A stretch of DNA of 64,000 bases from Dicyema japonicum (taxonomy: Eukaryota > Animalia > Dicyemida). Made by a program: the position numbers and the translations under genes. The DNA is taken from contig RDEW01000005.1 in the NCBI GenBank assembly GCA_011109175.1, positions 1,028,903 to 1,092,902 of the forward strand, written 5' to 3'. The notes under the pieces are model-generated. The model ran no database searches. It had not been told where the DNA came from and saw only the letters and a program-made list of their open reading frames with translations. Position 1 is the stretch's first letter; the number at the start of each line of letters is the position of its first letter. Shown here piece by piece: positions 22,673 through 35,929 of the stretch.

Positions 22673-25408
22673 TCAGTCTTTAAAAAACACGTGTTTGAAA
22701 AAAACGGCGAAATCGTGATGATCATATTTAAAATGTTTTCTCACATTTCCAGAAAAATGATATTTTTCATAATGAGCAACCAACTCTTCGTGTTTCCTAC
22801 TGACTTCTTCTAAACATCTTTCATAAATTATTTCTCTATATTTCTTTGATGGTATAGAAAAAACTGAGTGCTCTTCTCCCATTTTCTCAAATCCAATGTT
22901 AAATTTCTAGAATAATTAGTTCATAAAAAACCGAGAACATCTTTTTAATTTTCATTTTGTTGAATTTTCCAAGCTAAATTATATTTTAACAAATTTACAG
23001 GAAGTTTAAAATTACTATCGATTGGTATATTCTTAAAAGGCTTCCCCCACCTAATAAAAATGAAATCAGTACAGATTTACGTAATCAATTATTGAATCGT
23101 CAATTTTTGAATTTATCCACTTTTCGACGTCTTCAATCATTTTTAGATGATCGTAGCTTCTGTAATAATTAAAAAATGTACATCAAATCAACATCAGTAA
23201 AAAAATTTATGTTACTTAGGATATGAGCGTAGTTATTGATTAAATATATATATTTGAATCCGTCTGTATACTTATCTGCATTTTTCTTAATGTTCCAATT
23301 TAACACTGGAATAAATACAGTAACTAAATTTAGGTAAAATTATACCAATGAATTCTATAGACTTTGAGTTGTAATTTGTATTTAAATTTGTATTCTCACT
23401 AAAATCGTAGTTTGGGAGGATAAAACTGAAATTATATCTTATAGAACTTCAAAATACGTTATATCGAAGTTATCATTAGTATTGTCAAATGCCTCTCTTA
23501 CAATTTCGTTACTAAGAAGAATTTTCAGTAAAACAGTCATCTAATAAAATACAAAATAAAAAAACGTTTCCTGTTATGTTAGTTATTGTCCCATCAATCG
23601 AGTCTACTTTATTATTTTGCTTTAACATTTTTTATACAAGTACCTTCAGAAAATTGATTATTACTTGAATTAACTAAATGATAATTTAACAATTTAACTG
23701 AGTTTTCCATTTCTCCGTATAAATTCGGTATTGACGAGGTTATTTCTTGAGTGCAATCCTAACGTCACAAACAGAAAGTACCTTTAATATGGAATTATAA
23801 AATGGCATAAATTTCTTAATGTAACTCATGACAATTAGCAGGTTTTTTAAAATTTGTGATACACGTTGGTGAGTTAATTTCGTAGGCCAAGTCAACAAAC
23901 AACTGAAATTTATAATTTTCGATACTTGTCCATAGTCCACTATTTTCTCAATAAAAGACATAGCCAGTTCATTTTGGCATATAATGGACACTTTTATGGG
24001 AAATATTATTCTCATGACTTCGAATTCGAATTTCAATATTTCTTTAATGTTATAAATAAGGAATATAAATTCATCCGGATCTACGACTAGAGAGTCTATT
24101 ATCATCGGTTAATGTAAAATACAGGTTTTTTCGAATTTAAAAGACTTTGTTCGAGAAGACTTCATCTGATTTGACTTTGTTTTAAAAGATTTTAATCTAA
24201 TTGAAAATTATTTATGTACGATTTCTGAACAGCAGTTAAGAAGTTGCCGTACTTTGCTTTGCCAACAAATTTAAATTTCCTTTTTATAGACTTCACATCA
24301 AAGGACTTGAATTTAATTGATTTGAGCCTTTTTTATTAAAAACATTTTATTTACGATTTTTGGAAAGTGGCCAAGGAATCAGTATATTTTCTTTTAATAA
24401 AATTTTTTTCCTGCAAATTAATAATTAAATTAACTTTTTGAATAAAATTCGTTTTAATCGATTCCATATTAAAGGACTTGACTTTAATCGATTTGACTCT
24501 AACAAGTAAATCAATTCATTTACGATGACTGGAAGGAATTGAGATATTTTCTTGAAGCGGACATTTTTTTCTAAAAATTGATTAGCAAATTAACTAGATT
24601 ATCGTAGCTTATATTGAGCATTCTAAAATTAAGTTTAAAGGAGGGTTACGGATCCTTTATACTCTCAAAAGCATAATTTAGTTTTTTTTTACGACTGGCA
24701 GAATACAGATGACAAAAATCCATGATGAGTTGAGAATCATGGATCAAGTTGATAATTCTATTAAGATAATTTGCCGTTTCTAAATTAATTAGGAAAGAAT
24801 TAGAAATTTCTTTATTTTCATCTGACATTAAAAAACCACAAACCAACCGACATCTTTTATCGAGTTGATTAATTCATATTTTTTTAATTCTTCTTGCTTT
24901 AATAAAATTTCATCAAAAATCGACTTGAACTTATCCGCATGAGTTTTCATCGTCTCTTTCTGTAATTTTTAAATAATTTATTAAAATACAGCGGTAATCA
25001 AATCATCTGACCCAGCACGATTTCTCTTTAAAAATTCCACAGCTTTAACGACATTTTTAAAAACCGAAGCACAGTCTTTTAATGAAGTCACTCTAAATCT
25101 TAAATTCGTAAAGACTTTTTGGCTTCATTTAAATTTTTATAGTGAACAAGAACTTGGTCAACTTCAGTGACATTTTTAACGGAATCTAAAAAGTTATTTC
25201 AAAGGACTTTGAATTTCTTTGATATTTTCATATAATGGTCCCAATTGTGCTAGAATTTGATCAAAGTTTGTGTTTAAGGAATTGGATAAAATTTCAATTT
25301 CTTTTGTCAAATTCTCAGATGTTGAAACGATCGCATTGAGAGTAGTCAAATTTTCTTTAGCCTTTTTTATCAAAAATTAACTATTACCCCAAAATCAACT
25401 AAAAGCAT
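22673..25408 (-). CDS. EXOC7: Exocyst subunit Exo70 with many micro-introns and an internal triplicated Lys/Ser-rich exon unit
   Basis: N-terminal KENLTTLNAIVSTSENLTKEI...VVKAVEFLKRNRAGSDDL and C-terminal FNIGFEKMGEEHSVFSIPSKKYRE...FSGNVRKHFKYD align by eye to the Exo70 ends. Confidence 0.8.
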
Positions 25409-25575
25409 TAATTGGATATGAAAATATTTATTAATTACTTTTTATTGTGGAAAAATGTTTTTATTAATTTTAAAAATTTATTTAAAATATTTTATAAATT
25501 AAATTGCTGAAATTTAGCAAAATTGTCAAATAATTTATTAATTTTTTGCTTTATGATAATTATAATTAAGGGGCT

Positions 25576-27653
25576 CTATCTGTCTGCCAAAATGTTCTAC
25601 AAAGTTTAAAAACTATTCGAAAGCAAATTGGTTTGGATTCAGCACGTATGTGGATAATTGTCTATCGGGACTTGTGGAAGATTTTTCTATTGACAAGGCA
25701 GCCATGATGTTAACTTAGTTATTCGAAAAGCGGACAGAATGTTCATCCCAATATCCTCTTACAAAAAATTTAATCCGAAACTATCTTCGGGCATCCTTGA
25801 ACTTATCAAGAAACGGGATGCTTTGAAGAAAACCGGAATTAATTCAGATGGCTCTATATCGTCCATACGCTCTCTAAATCGCAGAATTTCCGAACTAATC
25901 CGTGATAAACACAGACACAAGCGAAGTCGGCTTGTTGGTCGACTATGCCACAAGAACTCGTGTGGAACCTTCTGGAAGACACTAAAGAGTATCAACAGCC
26001 TCACAAAGGAAGATGACGGCGGAGTTGAAACCGTACCCCTGCCCTTGAAAATGCACGGAAACTCGCTAATAACCTCATGAAATACTATGTGTCGATCAGC
26101 CACAAGGACTTCTCTCATTTCTGCATGTCAAACAAGATGGTCCACAACAGTCGACATGTACGACGTTCTTCACTCCCTACGACGTGGAAAGGACTATTAA
26201 ATTATACGACCAACCAGAGCCTGTGGCCCCGACGGTGTCTGTGATATCCACCTGAAACACCTAGGACCTCAGGCTCATATTATGTTATCAAAACTATACA
26301 ACCAGTCTATAAATTCCCATACAATACCAAACATATGGAAGAACTCATTGATTACTCCAATCCTCAAGCCTGGAAAATTAAAAGATATTCCATCCTCTTA
26401 CCGCCCTGTCTCCATAACTTGTGCCTTGCCAAAAGTGTTGGAGAAGCTTGTACTACTGTTAATCACCCCAGTTCTACAAATTCCTGATTTTCAACATGGC
26501 TTCAGATCATGCCGTTTTAAAACGACGCATTTGATCTATATCCCAGTTCATCACAGACGGCTTCAACATGAAGACGCACTTACGGACGGCTCTGGTGTCT
26601 GCAGATATACAGAAAGCCTTCGACTCGGTTTCGAGGACTTTCCTAACAAAGAAGATCTTTAACTCAAATTTACATCCGAGCATCATGCTATGGCTGGAAA
26701 ATTTCTTAAATGGCCGACGTGGAAGAGTCCGGATTGGAAAAATTAATTCAAAATCAAGACTACTTCCTAATGGGGTCCCACAAGTCTCCCCTCTGTCTTT
26801 TCTTATTTAACTTATTTCTACACGATTTACTTACTATCAATGATCAGGACACCATGTTTTTATCTTATGTGGACGACTTGATTATCGCTGCAAGGGACAA
26901 ATCTCCCTCCAGGGCTGTGGCGGTGGTTCAGTCAAACCTCAACCAGGTGTATGACTGGCTATCCATGAATTTGCTGTCTGTGTCTGCATCCAAGTCTCAG
27001 TTCACTTTATTTACTACGGACAGAAGATTTAAAGGTGGACTTGAGATATTCCTCGGAAACATTCCTATCCCTTATACACGAATTCAGAAATCTTTAGTGT
27101 AACTTTCGACTCTCTGATGACGTTCAGTCACACGGAGGAGGTGTTAACCAAGGGTCTTCGAAAATGGAACGTCCTAAAACCCATCGTAAAGAAGAGCCCC
27201 TTAGCTCCTACTGCTTGATCAGCAAGTATATCTCCAAGTTATTGCGCCGACGATTGAATATGCCTGTTCTGCCTGGAGATTCGCTATTCTTTCTACGAGG
27301 GTGGAGCGTATGAACTTTCTCAGACGGAAGATCATGAGACATATATAATCAGACTCCACATCCGTCCCCAGTCTACTTTCAGACGAGGCGACGGTGAGAA
27401 ATCTGGGCTTCCTACGCATGGTCAATGAGCTAGGAAATCCATTCAGAGAGAGAATGGTTCATGCGGAGGAATGCAAATCGGCATTAAAAAAGTGCACTCC
27501 GATAGAATTCCTCTGCAGAAATAAAAGAAGACACTTCAGAAACGCTGGAGCATTCGAAGAGAATTCGAGAGATGTTGGAGGCTTGGATCACTTAATTTAG
27601 CAAGTTAATTCTTTCTTTCTTGGTGGTCTTGAGGTTAAATAAATAAATAAAAA
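25576..27653 (+). mobile_element. 5'-truncated APE-type LINE with a 14-bp TSD
   Basis: RT motifs PGK..SSYRPVS, DIQKAFDSV, GVPQ, SYVDD; (TAAA)n tail; direct repeat ATAATTAAGGGGCT at 25562-25575 and 27654-27667. Confidence 0.88.
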
Positions 27654-28129
27654 ATAATTAAGGGGCTAACGGACAAGTTTTCCTTCCAACCGATTTTTAT
27701 GAAGACGTCTGGGGACACCCACAGTAATATAGTATTTTTCAAAAATAATTGGACGACTTGTAAGAAAGCGGAAGAGGAAGCCCAAAACAAGGGTTAACTC
27801 TCTGAATATTTTTTCTCTTTTAGACTTTTCTGCGGCGGATAGTGCCTCTACTGCGCCTGATGATATTAGTAGAAGATAGTCGATATAAGTGACGTCACAT
27901 CAAATACCTTCCTTCCTCATGCGAATTGATAATTATTCCACTGTAGTTCCGTTTTCCGTCTTACCTGTCGAGCCTAGCGGGCAACAGAGTGGTATTCAGC
28001 AGACTCGAATCACGTTTTACGACACCATTTAATAAATTTTTTCAGGAGTGCTTTTTTGAAAATAAGACTATGGTTTCCTTAGATATCGACTGTTCTACTG
28101 ATTCGCTTGACATATTTTCAATCCAAGTT

Positions 28130-28350
28130 GGATAGAAATCCAAATGAAGGCTTTGTAAAGGTTTTCGTGGACACCTCTAAACCCTACATTTTTTGAGGAA
28201 TTAGTGAGGAAAACCGGAGTCTTACTACCCTCCAAAAAAGTTAGAAACCCCTGCCCAATCCGGAAATGCGTTGGAACCCGGGCAGAACACCGAGCAAGAA
28301 TGAGATGGCTACTCGAGGCGGCCGGAATCACCTGACGGCTATGTAGTTAT
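28130..28350 (+). mobile_element. Divergent LINE-like 3' fragment (GSGF-related)
   Basis: C-terminus HRARMRWLLEAAGIT*. Confidence 0.4.
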
Positions 28351-28399
28351 TTAATTTGTCGGTGATTTTTGGTTTTTAATAATAATAATAATCATCATC

Positions 28400-29300
28400 G
28401 GGATGATTTCCAATTCTATTGATCAAGAGAGCTCCCTCGGATCTCCCATCAACCAGACTGGCGATGATGATTGGAACTTTTCACTGATTTCTCAAATTTA
28501 TCTTCGAACAGAATTATTAGTCTTTCTGAGAATGTCGTTTTTAGTAGTTCTTATGTTTTAAGAGCGATTCCTTCCTCTTTAGAGGGAATCCGAGTACGTA
28601 CAACTGGTATGCTGAGGTTTTTGAAGCCCTGGGAATGATCTTCCTGAATAAAGAAAGGGACATCTAAATTGACCCCACAGGTTAAATCGAAGACCGATGA
28701 TATCTAAAACTATTGACCTTACAGGGTTAGGTCAGTGTGAGTCTCACACACTGTGTACTGCAGCTTCACAACCTTCAAGAGTGGCGATTCCTACTTTTAC
28801 TAACTGCAAAGTTTTTTTGAGTCCGATAAGAATTGTCCTTAGCTAGTATTTAGGCTAGGCGTCAGAAAACGAAATCCACTGTAATAGGACGTATTCTCAT
28901 TCCTTTTTGATCGAAAGAAAGTAGTTTGGTATAAGACTAAGAACATCAAGTCATCTACTGATGCTCGGGATGAAAGAGAGAATCCAATCTCTTACGTTAT
29001 TTTTAGAGACAAATATGCTAGCTGTTTGTCCACAGGAAAGGAGATTCTGCTGGTCGTTTGGGAAATTTGAGTGCTACATGTATTGGACTTCAGACGGCTC
29101 CATTATGCGGTTTTGATCTGCAAGAATCCTCATGGTCGCATTGATTCCACCTTTTGCTGCATATTACGCATCGTTTTCTTGAAGGATATATTTGGGCGAT
29201 TTCTCTTGTTTTCTTCTCACGGGGGGTATGTATATTGTGTATGTGACAAAGCAAAATTATCGTACCCAGTGTTTCCTTTTGTTGAATTTTTGCAAATCTT
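28400..29300 (-). mobile_element. Heavily decayed CRE-clade RT fragment
   Basis: Remnants resembling FREIIPKA..ELLKTTF and NRPI..TMR segments of the 1518-4499 element. Confidence 0.5.
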
Positions 29301-29349
29301 TTTTTCACTTGTTTTTTGAGCTTTTCCCAACACTATGTTATTGCTAGAG

Positions 29350-29540
29350 AAATCCAACACTACTTATTCATGTTGCCGAGCACATATGAGTTTATCAGGT
29401 TAATCGAACGGCTTGCAGGGCTGCGGAAAGATGAGCCTAGAATGACGCGATGCCCTTCCAGAACATTGGGCTACGATCATGAGGGGTAACACCCATTGCG
29501 TGGTCAATGCCTGCAGGCCATAATGGAGAGCTTGTCATAA
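29350..29540 (+). mobile_element. CRE-clade 3' fragment (subfamily LAGLRK.EP.MT)
   Basis: LAGLRKDEPRMTR..IMRGNTHCV; homologous to 43880-44010 and 52590-52820. Confidence 0.6.
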
Positions 29541-30189
29541 CAACTAACTTTATTTTTATTTAAAAAAATTTCACTTAAAAATATTACTCTTAAGAGAAAT
29601 TTGTTAGACGTAAAAATACAAATTGACGTCATTCAACATATACTGTCTCGCATTAATCTGGTCGGCAAAAGTTCAGTCCCTAGTGTTTTCATTGTGCTTG
29701 AGAAAAAAACGATTCTAGTCGAAATCGAAATAGTTTTGAATATCGTCACCAATTTGATATGACTTCATATATAAAAAGATTTTCTCTATGTTCAGCCTTA
29801 AATGTTATCACTTGAAAACGATGAGATTATTTTTCTACTCGGAATTGTCATTTAAATAGTTTCATGGACTGAAAAATTCAATGGCAAAAAGAATGCCACG
29901 TGGTACTACAAAACCTCAGCTTTGAGCTAATAAGACACAAGTTTAAGATCCACCAGTCAAGTAAAGCCATGAATCGAAAAACTCAATCCACGGAAGAGAT
30001 TTCAGAAGACTCCTAATAATGCAGAACATTTGGTTAATATTCATGACTTATGAGGTCCGACAAATCAGTGATCCCGGTATCAAATGCTTCACTTAGCGAA
30101 TCGCTTACTATATCAAGGTACCAGATATTTTCAGGAGAGCAATTCTGTAAATTTTTTATTATTATAGGCAACATGAGTGAAACCATAAT

Positions 30190-31000
30190 AGTTATAATTT
30201 CACTCGTGCAGCATTCGAAACAATCCTCCGAACCAACCTCTTCCAACCTCCCCGATTATAAGAGAGTTTCCTCAGCTCGTCTATATCGTCACTACTTCTT
30301 AGACTTGTGTTCACAAGCTTTAGATCTCCATAAAGTGTTTCTGGAAGTGTAACACGTCGACGTTCACGGAAACACGGTCCCTGTCTCATGAAGTAATCCT
30401 TCATTGCTATGTTAGCTGGAGCATCCAAGTCCATTCGTAAGATATGTCCAAATAGCCTCAACGCATGTCAACAATTTCGAGACTCAGTGGACCCGTACTT
30501 TTATATAGTGATTCCTTGTTCATTCTTGTTGGACAGTTCAGTCCTATTAAGGATCTAAGCTGTCTTTGGTGGAAATAGTCTACTCCAAGTTGTTCGGTTT
30601 TGGACGTCCCTTATGTCGATGAATTGTATATTAGGATCGGCTTGACAAAGGCTTCATGCAGTCTCAAACGAAGTGATGTGCAGGATCGTCGTTTGCCAAT
30701 CCACTATTTCATCATCTTGTTCATCGTTACCCAAGCGAGGGCCTTTCCTCTGGCAATATCTTGGCTGTCTCCAAGTAAAGAGCCAAGTTTGTTTTTCGCT
30801 ATGTTTGACAAGATCTGCTTTCCATTCTCCTGATTTCCGCAATGTCGGTTTTGCGGTGTTCATTCTGAGGAACCATCTGTTCAGCTCACCATTTATTTTA
30901 TTTTTAAATAAATACTCAAATCCGGCGTATCCGTATGATCCTTACTAATTTCGAAAGAATACTAAAGAAAATCCTACGTCCGCCAGACAAACCCAGATTG
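30190..31000 (-). mobile_element. RTE-like LINE 3' part
   Basis: RLFGHILRMDLDAPANIAMKDYF...VTLPETLYGDL...WKRLVRRIV. Confidence 0.8.
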
Positions 31001-31319
31001 AAAGAATTCTCGACTTTGTGTCCATACGGACCCTAAAGACAACAAAATATTGAGGCGCAAACTTCCTGAGATCAACAATTCGAATTGTTGTTTCCAAGGA
31101 CCATCAGAATGAGTGAATATGAAAACACTTCATTTCTGAATGATGAGAAGTTTAATATTTTTTTGCTTGCTTAGGACGACCAGGACTCGACATCAAATTA
31201 AAGTATCATGAGACCAAACAGTCTTGGATCAGGCTTCCTACATGTTAACGAAGATGATGTTAAACTGCACTTTTACGCAGAGCAATTTCTCCACTCAGAC
31301 AGTACACAAACTTTATTTA

Positions 31320-31560
31320 AGGTAAGAACAGTTATTATAACTAATCGTAGCGGGAAAACCAGGGAATGCTCTTCACTTCGTATTTGTATGCAAGTCCTTT
31401 TATAAACTATCCAGTTCTGCAGTGAAATATTCACTCACTAAGCCAAAGCGTCGTAGAAACGTGGAACCTTCAACAGGAATGTAAAGCAGCGAGATTCGAA
31501 CTAGGGGTCATCAGACCTCTTGCCTTGCAATCGTTGCACTGCGCGGCCGCAGCACTAACA
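31320..31560 (-). repeat. SINE family 2 (tRNA-like head)
   Basis: Head GGCCGCGCAGTGCAACG..CTAGTTCGAATCTCG; body GAAGGTTCCACG..GCTTTGGCTT; copies at 35200-35345, 43000-43250 and 50965-51130. Confidence 0.7.
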
Positions 31561-31627
31561 AATGGAATAAATATTTATGGATGAAAAAAATTTTACACCA
31601 AAAATTAAATAACAAAACCAATATAAA

Positions 31628-33449
31628 TTAAATATCATTAATTTGATCCAAAACCCTTTTCAATTCATTCACCATTTCATTCCGAGGAACTTTTATCTGA
31701 CGATTAAATAAAAAAGTACTTCTTCCCTTGATTTTATTGTCTGAATGATGACAAAATCATTCTCAATTTCATCCTGTCCAACAATCACCGCCAATTTAGC
31801 TTGTTTGTCTTGACTCGCTTTTTTCTGCGCTTTAAAATTACTATTCGTTTTGTAGCTGAATTCAGTCTAAAAAAGTAATGAGCCAGAAAACATTAAATCC
31901 AGCATCGAACAATTCTCTGCATATTTTTAACCGTTCCTTGATCATTTCCATCGCATCGTCATTCCTGTCCGGAATGGTAACGACAAAAACGTCAGTAAAA
32001 TTAGTCTTCAGGTTACACTTTTTTTCCTCAGGTTTTAAAATTCACTGAAACTTTATTTTCAACGAAGGAAAACAATCTCTCAACTCCAACAGAAAACCCG
32101 ACACAGGGAATCTTAACATTACTATCCTGAAACATATCGACCAGGTTATCGTAACGACCACCACCAGCAACACTCCCAACAGAAATACCATTTTCCGACT
32201 CTAATAACAATAAATCAAAATTAACCCAAAAGTCGAACCTCGAAAATAAGTCCGGTATAATAATCCAACCCACGTGCCAAACTCAAGTCAAAATTTATCT
32301 TAACGATAAAGAAAATAAAATGCCTTTGATATAATTCCAAATGCCTCACAATATTCAAAAAGTAGGTCCATCTCCCTCAAGGCGTCAGCAGCTGTAGAAT
32401 TGGAGGAAAGTGATTCATCGTCCAACAATTTAGACACCAATTCTCTACCCCCTCTTGTAAGATTGCAATCAACCATTCATTTCAACGTAATATTTGAGCA
32501 TATTGACGATCGACGGGTCAATTTCCTTAACATTTACCAACTCATGGGCTACTTCTTCCCAGGGAACCTAAATAACAAGCAATAGATACCTTATCCAGTT
32601 TATCTACGGAAGAACAAATGGTGGTAAATTTATTTGACGGGGAATTCAACGAAAGCAACAATCCGTCAAGGAGTTTTCTACTGTTAATCTAGAAAATGAC
32701 ATTATCTGTACTTTGATAACAAATTCGCCCAGATTTAGGCAAGTAAATACTTCATAGACAATTCTCAGTATCTCTGCATCTGGAAGCATGGGGGAGTAGT
32801 CACCGGCAATGTCAAAATCCTAAACAGTTTGAATCACTATAAACGCATTGCAGGAACTCCCTGAACCTTCCTCTGTTCATAGCCGGATTGTCTCGTCTGT
32901 AAACTTTACCAATGTGGTATCTCTTCATCTTGCTAATCTTCCGAGAAGCCAAATATCTAGCAAATGGGACCTTTTAGGATAAAAAATAAATTCACAGTCA
33001 GATCATATCTAAGTGATAAAAGTTCACCCCCCTGATCAACCAAATCGTAGATTAGCTTAGATTCCTCACCATATTTTCCAGTAAGAATTTCCTTGAATTT
33101 AAAGCCTTAAATAACTTTCAATTCAAAGACAGGAGTGTCTATACTCTCAGCTCCATGTTTCTTGAAACATCTTACGATTTTTCCCATAATCTGATCTCTT
33201 ATTATCATCTGAGAAGGAATAAAATCTTGTGTTCCCTTGAATATTACCATTTTTTTACTTTGGCGGTTTTTATTTTGACCTTTTCAGAGTTAGAACGTTT
33301 TGCTCTCAATGAAAAAAGCTTACTTATTTCTAATTGAATCTAAAAATAGATATAATGATTTCTAAGACTTGATTATTATCGAGGTTTTGAAAATCCAAAT
33401 TTCTGAGTATTTTATATTGTCTGTCTAACTCACCTTCTGAAGTGCACAT
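31628..33449 (-). CDS. HARS1: Histidyl-tRNA synthetase with about 11 micro-introns (start codon uncertain)
   Basis: [107 protein letters not shown]. Confidence 0.95.
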
Positions 33450-33567
33450 GCGTCTCACCAGAAATAAACAACGAGATAAATGCTTTATGTTGATCATTAA
33501 TTTGAGTTTTTATTTATAAAACATTCAAATATTAACTAAAATATTTTATAAATGAGACGTTTTCCTT

Positions 33568-33816
33568 TTGGCAACTATAAAATTAGATTTTGACTTACAA
33601 ACAATCCACCATCCCTATATACCAACGTACGATGTCCTCTGTCCATTTTGCAACCTCTACGTGTTGACAACAAATCACTTATTTGAATGTCATGAATTAG
33701 TACAACGTTCGTCTACATTGCCGGGACTGACCGATCTATGGGAGCGACCAACATTATCTGCGTCCTATTTAATAGCTGCTGGCCTCCTACAAGTTAGTGA
33801 GGCCTGGATTACTTAA
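33568..33816 (+). mobile_element. LINE C-terminal CCHC-like fragment
   Basis: CPFC..TTNHLFEC..DLWERPT motif. Confidence 0.6.
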
Positions 33817-33859
33817 CTAACAATCCACTACGCTCCACAGATTCAATTCAATATAGAGG

Positions 33860-34205
33860 AAAACTATTCATACGATGGACCCTCATTCTGGATCAATGGT
33901 TAATCCCCTACTCACGAAAGCTACTATCCGTAGTCGCGGATCCGGGTTCTTTCGGGTCTGTGAGGAGGATGGAAACCCGCTTAGCCTGTCTTTTTCCAAA
34001 ACAAAAGAAAGTCGATTGGTTAGGAAGTTCCCCTCCCTAATCGGATTCCTCTGTAGGGATGAGAGAGGGTTCTTTCGGACGGTAGAGAGAACAATGGGAG
34101 ACTACAGACTTTGGATGGCTCGGTTGATTGCGGGAACTGGGATTACCTAACTGTCTGACGTTTTTCTGTCTTTCTCGGTATCCCTGAGTTCTAAATAAAA
34201 TAATA
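33860..34205 (+). mobile_element. LINE-like 3' fragment (GSGF family)
   Basis: RSRGSGFFRVCEEDGNPL...RLIAGTGIT* with a TAAA tail. Confidence 0.7.
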
Positions 34206-34344
34206 AAATAAATGGGCCTCTTGTGCTATCATAATAGATTTCTTCGCTATCAACCGAGATTAAGTCTCAATGGATGTGTTCTTGCCCTGGAATTTACCAA
34301 CAAATGTGTGGATTATTAATTTGAGGAATGTTAGTTAGTTAAAT

Positions 34345-34500
34345 GCATTTCCGCGTTACCCATAAGCATATGAATACTTAGGATTCTGCCTGTGCCGTAC
34401 TCTTCACTATCCGTTCTACCAGTTTTCTCCCTGTAACTTTTCTCCTCGCACGTCTCCGCAGTTCATCGAGGTCGTCTGCAGTCCTCTGACGTTGAAAGTT
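34345..34500 (-). mobile_element. RTE-like 3' end (similar copy at 19050-19140)
   Basis: TADDLDELRRRA..KLVERIVKSTAQAES*. Confidence 0.65.
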
Positions 34501-34869
34501 TCAATTGTAAACGGGGTAGAATAGACATACTGATAGTAAGATAGACATAGACATTACTAGAGGTTTCAACCACTTAACCAACTGATTTGATGAAATTAAA
34601 GAATTCCAAAAACTACGGTAACACCAGACTAACGATTCACATGATTCCAGCACGCTCCAAGAGAGACTTCAACTTGGCACGATATTCCTCACTCCGATGT
34701 ACTGCTTGTAGATAGAGTTCAAGACTGGATACGGTATTTATTAATTTTTACTTTTCATTTAATTATAAACATTTTTTTATTTTAATAATGAATTACTTAT
34801 ATCATTATCTCTGTTATTGTTCATGTGGTTCTGCGTGGTTAATTTATTGAAGTTTTATGCTTGCTTGCC

Positions 34870-35135
34870 TATTCCTCCTCTCTTTTCCTATTAGAGTGGC
34901 GTCATGTGATCCACCTGTCTAGGTGGCGCCCAGTGCCAGGCCGGCACAAAAAGGATCATTTGCTCTCCCCCACTCCACTGGAGGGGTTTCCACAACTGCA
35001 TGTAATGGACGTCCTACCTTTTATGCTTATTCCGGATGGACTCTGTTTCTGTAGAAGTGGAAACTGGATACACTTAATTAGTTGTTTACCTTAACTTCTT
35101 TCTCGGTGTATCCGGGGTTAATAAATAGAATAAAT
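34870..35135 (+). repeat. SINE family 1 copy
   Basis: Body and tail match 22302-22610. Confidence 0.7.
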
Positions 35136-35929
35136 AAATTGTTCCTCAAAAACAGTCAGATATCATCAGGTATGGAGGACTTGGTTGAGAAAGATATGAG
35201 GATAGTTGTGAGTTCCAGAAGACAATCGAGTTTCGCAGTGTTGAAACACTGATGAAGGTGTGATTCGTCAATTTCAAAGCATTGTAGATGCGTGAAACCT
35301 TCGACCGAATGGGCAGCAGCGAGAATTGAATCGGGGACATCATTATTTTAGTGCGGAACTTATTACACTGAGAAATTCATTATAAAAGAAAAGGAGACGC
35401 CAAGTTGACGATTGACAGGTCAATTTAAAGGTAAAAGTTAAAAAATCATTCATTTGGAGGTTGAACTCTCCTATATCTCAATGAACAGAGTAACCTTATT
35501 CATTTATTTTTAGCTTGAATTGACAATTTCTTTTATACCACTCCCTAAAAGACGTCAGAACATCCACCTAACTCAAGTGATGCCCAGTGCCTTGCCGACA
35601 TCCAAAATTCCTTTCTTCCCTATCAAAGTAAAAGAACTCCCACAATGAAGAATATAGTAAAAATACGTCCCACATCGGCCATGGGAACTGGATAAAATTT
35701 ATTTCAACCAAAGACCGACCATTTTCAGATAGTAATACGGATAAACATGCTGGATTCATTTGCTCTTGGCAGAAACGGGAGAATCCGCAGCCATAACTTC
35801 GTAGTGACGAATTCGACAGAGGAGTTACGAGGGGTTAGGATCTGTTCGGCACTGCAAAAGACGTATATTCTTTTCGTACAAGGACCTGATTTTGTCCAAC
35901 GACGACACAGAGACTGAGGATGAGTCATT

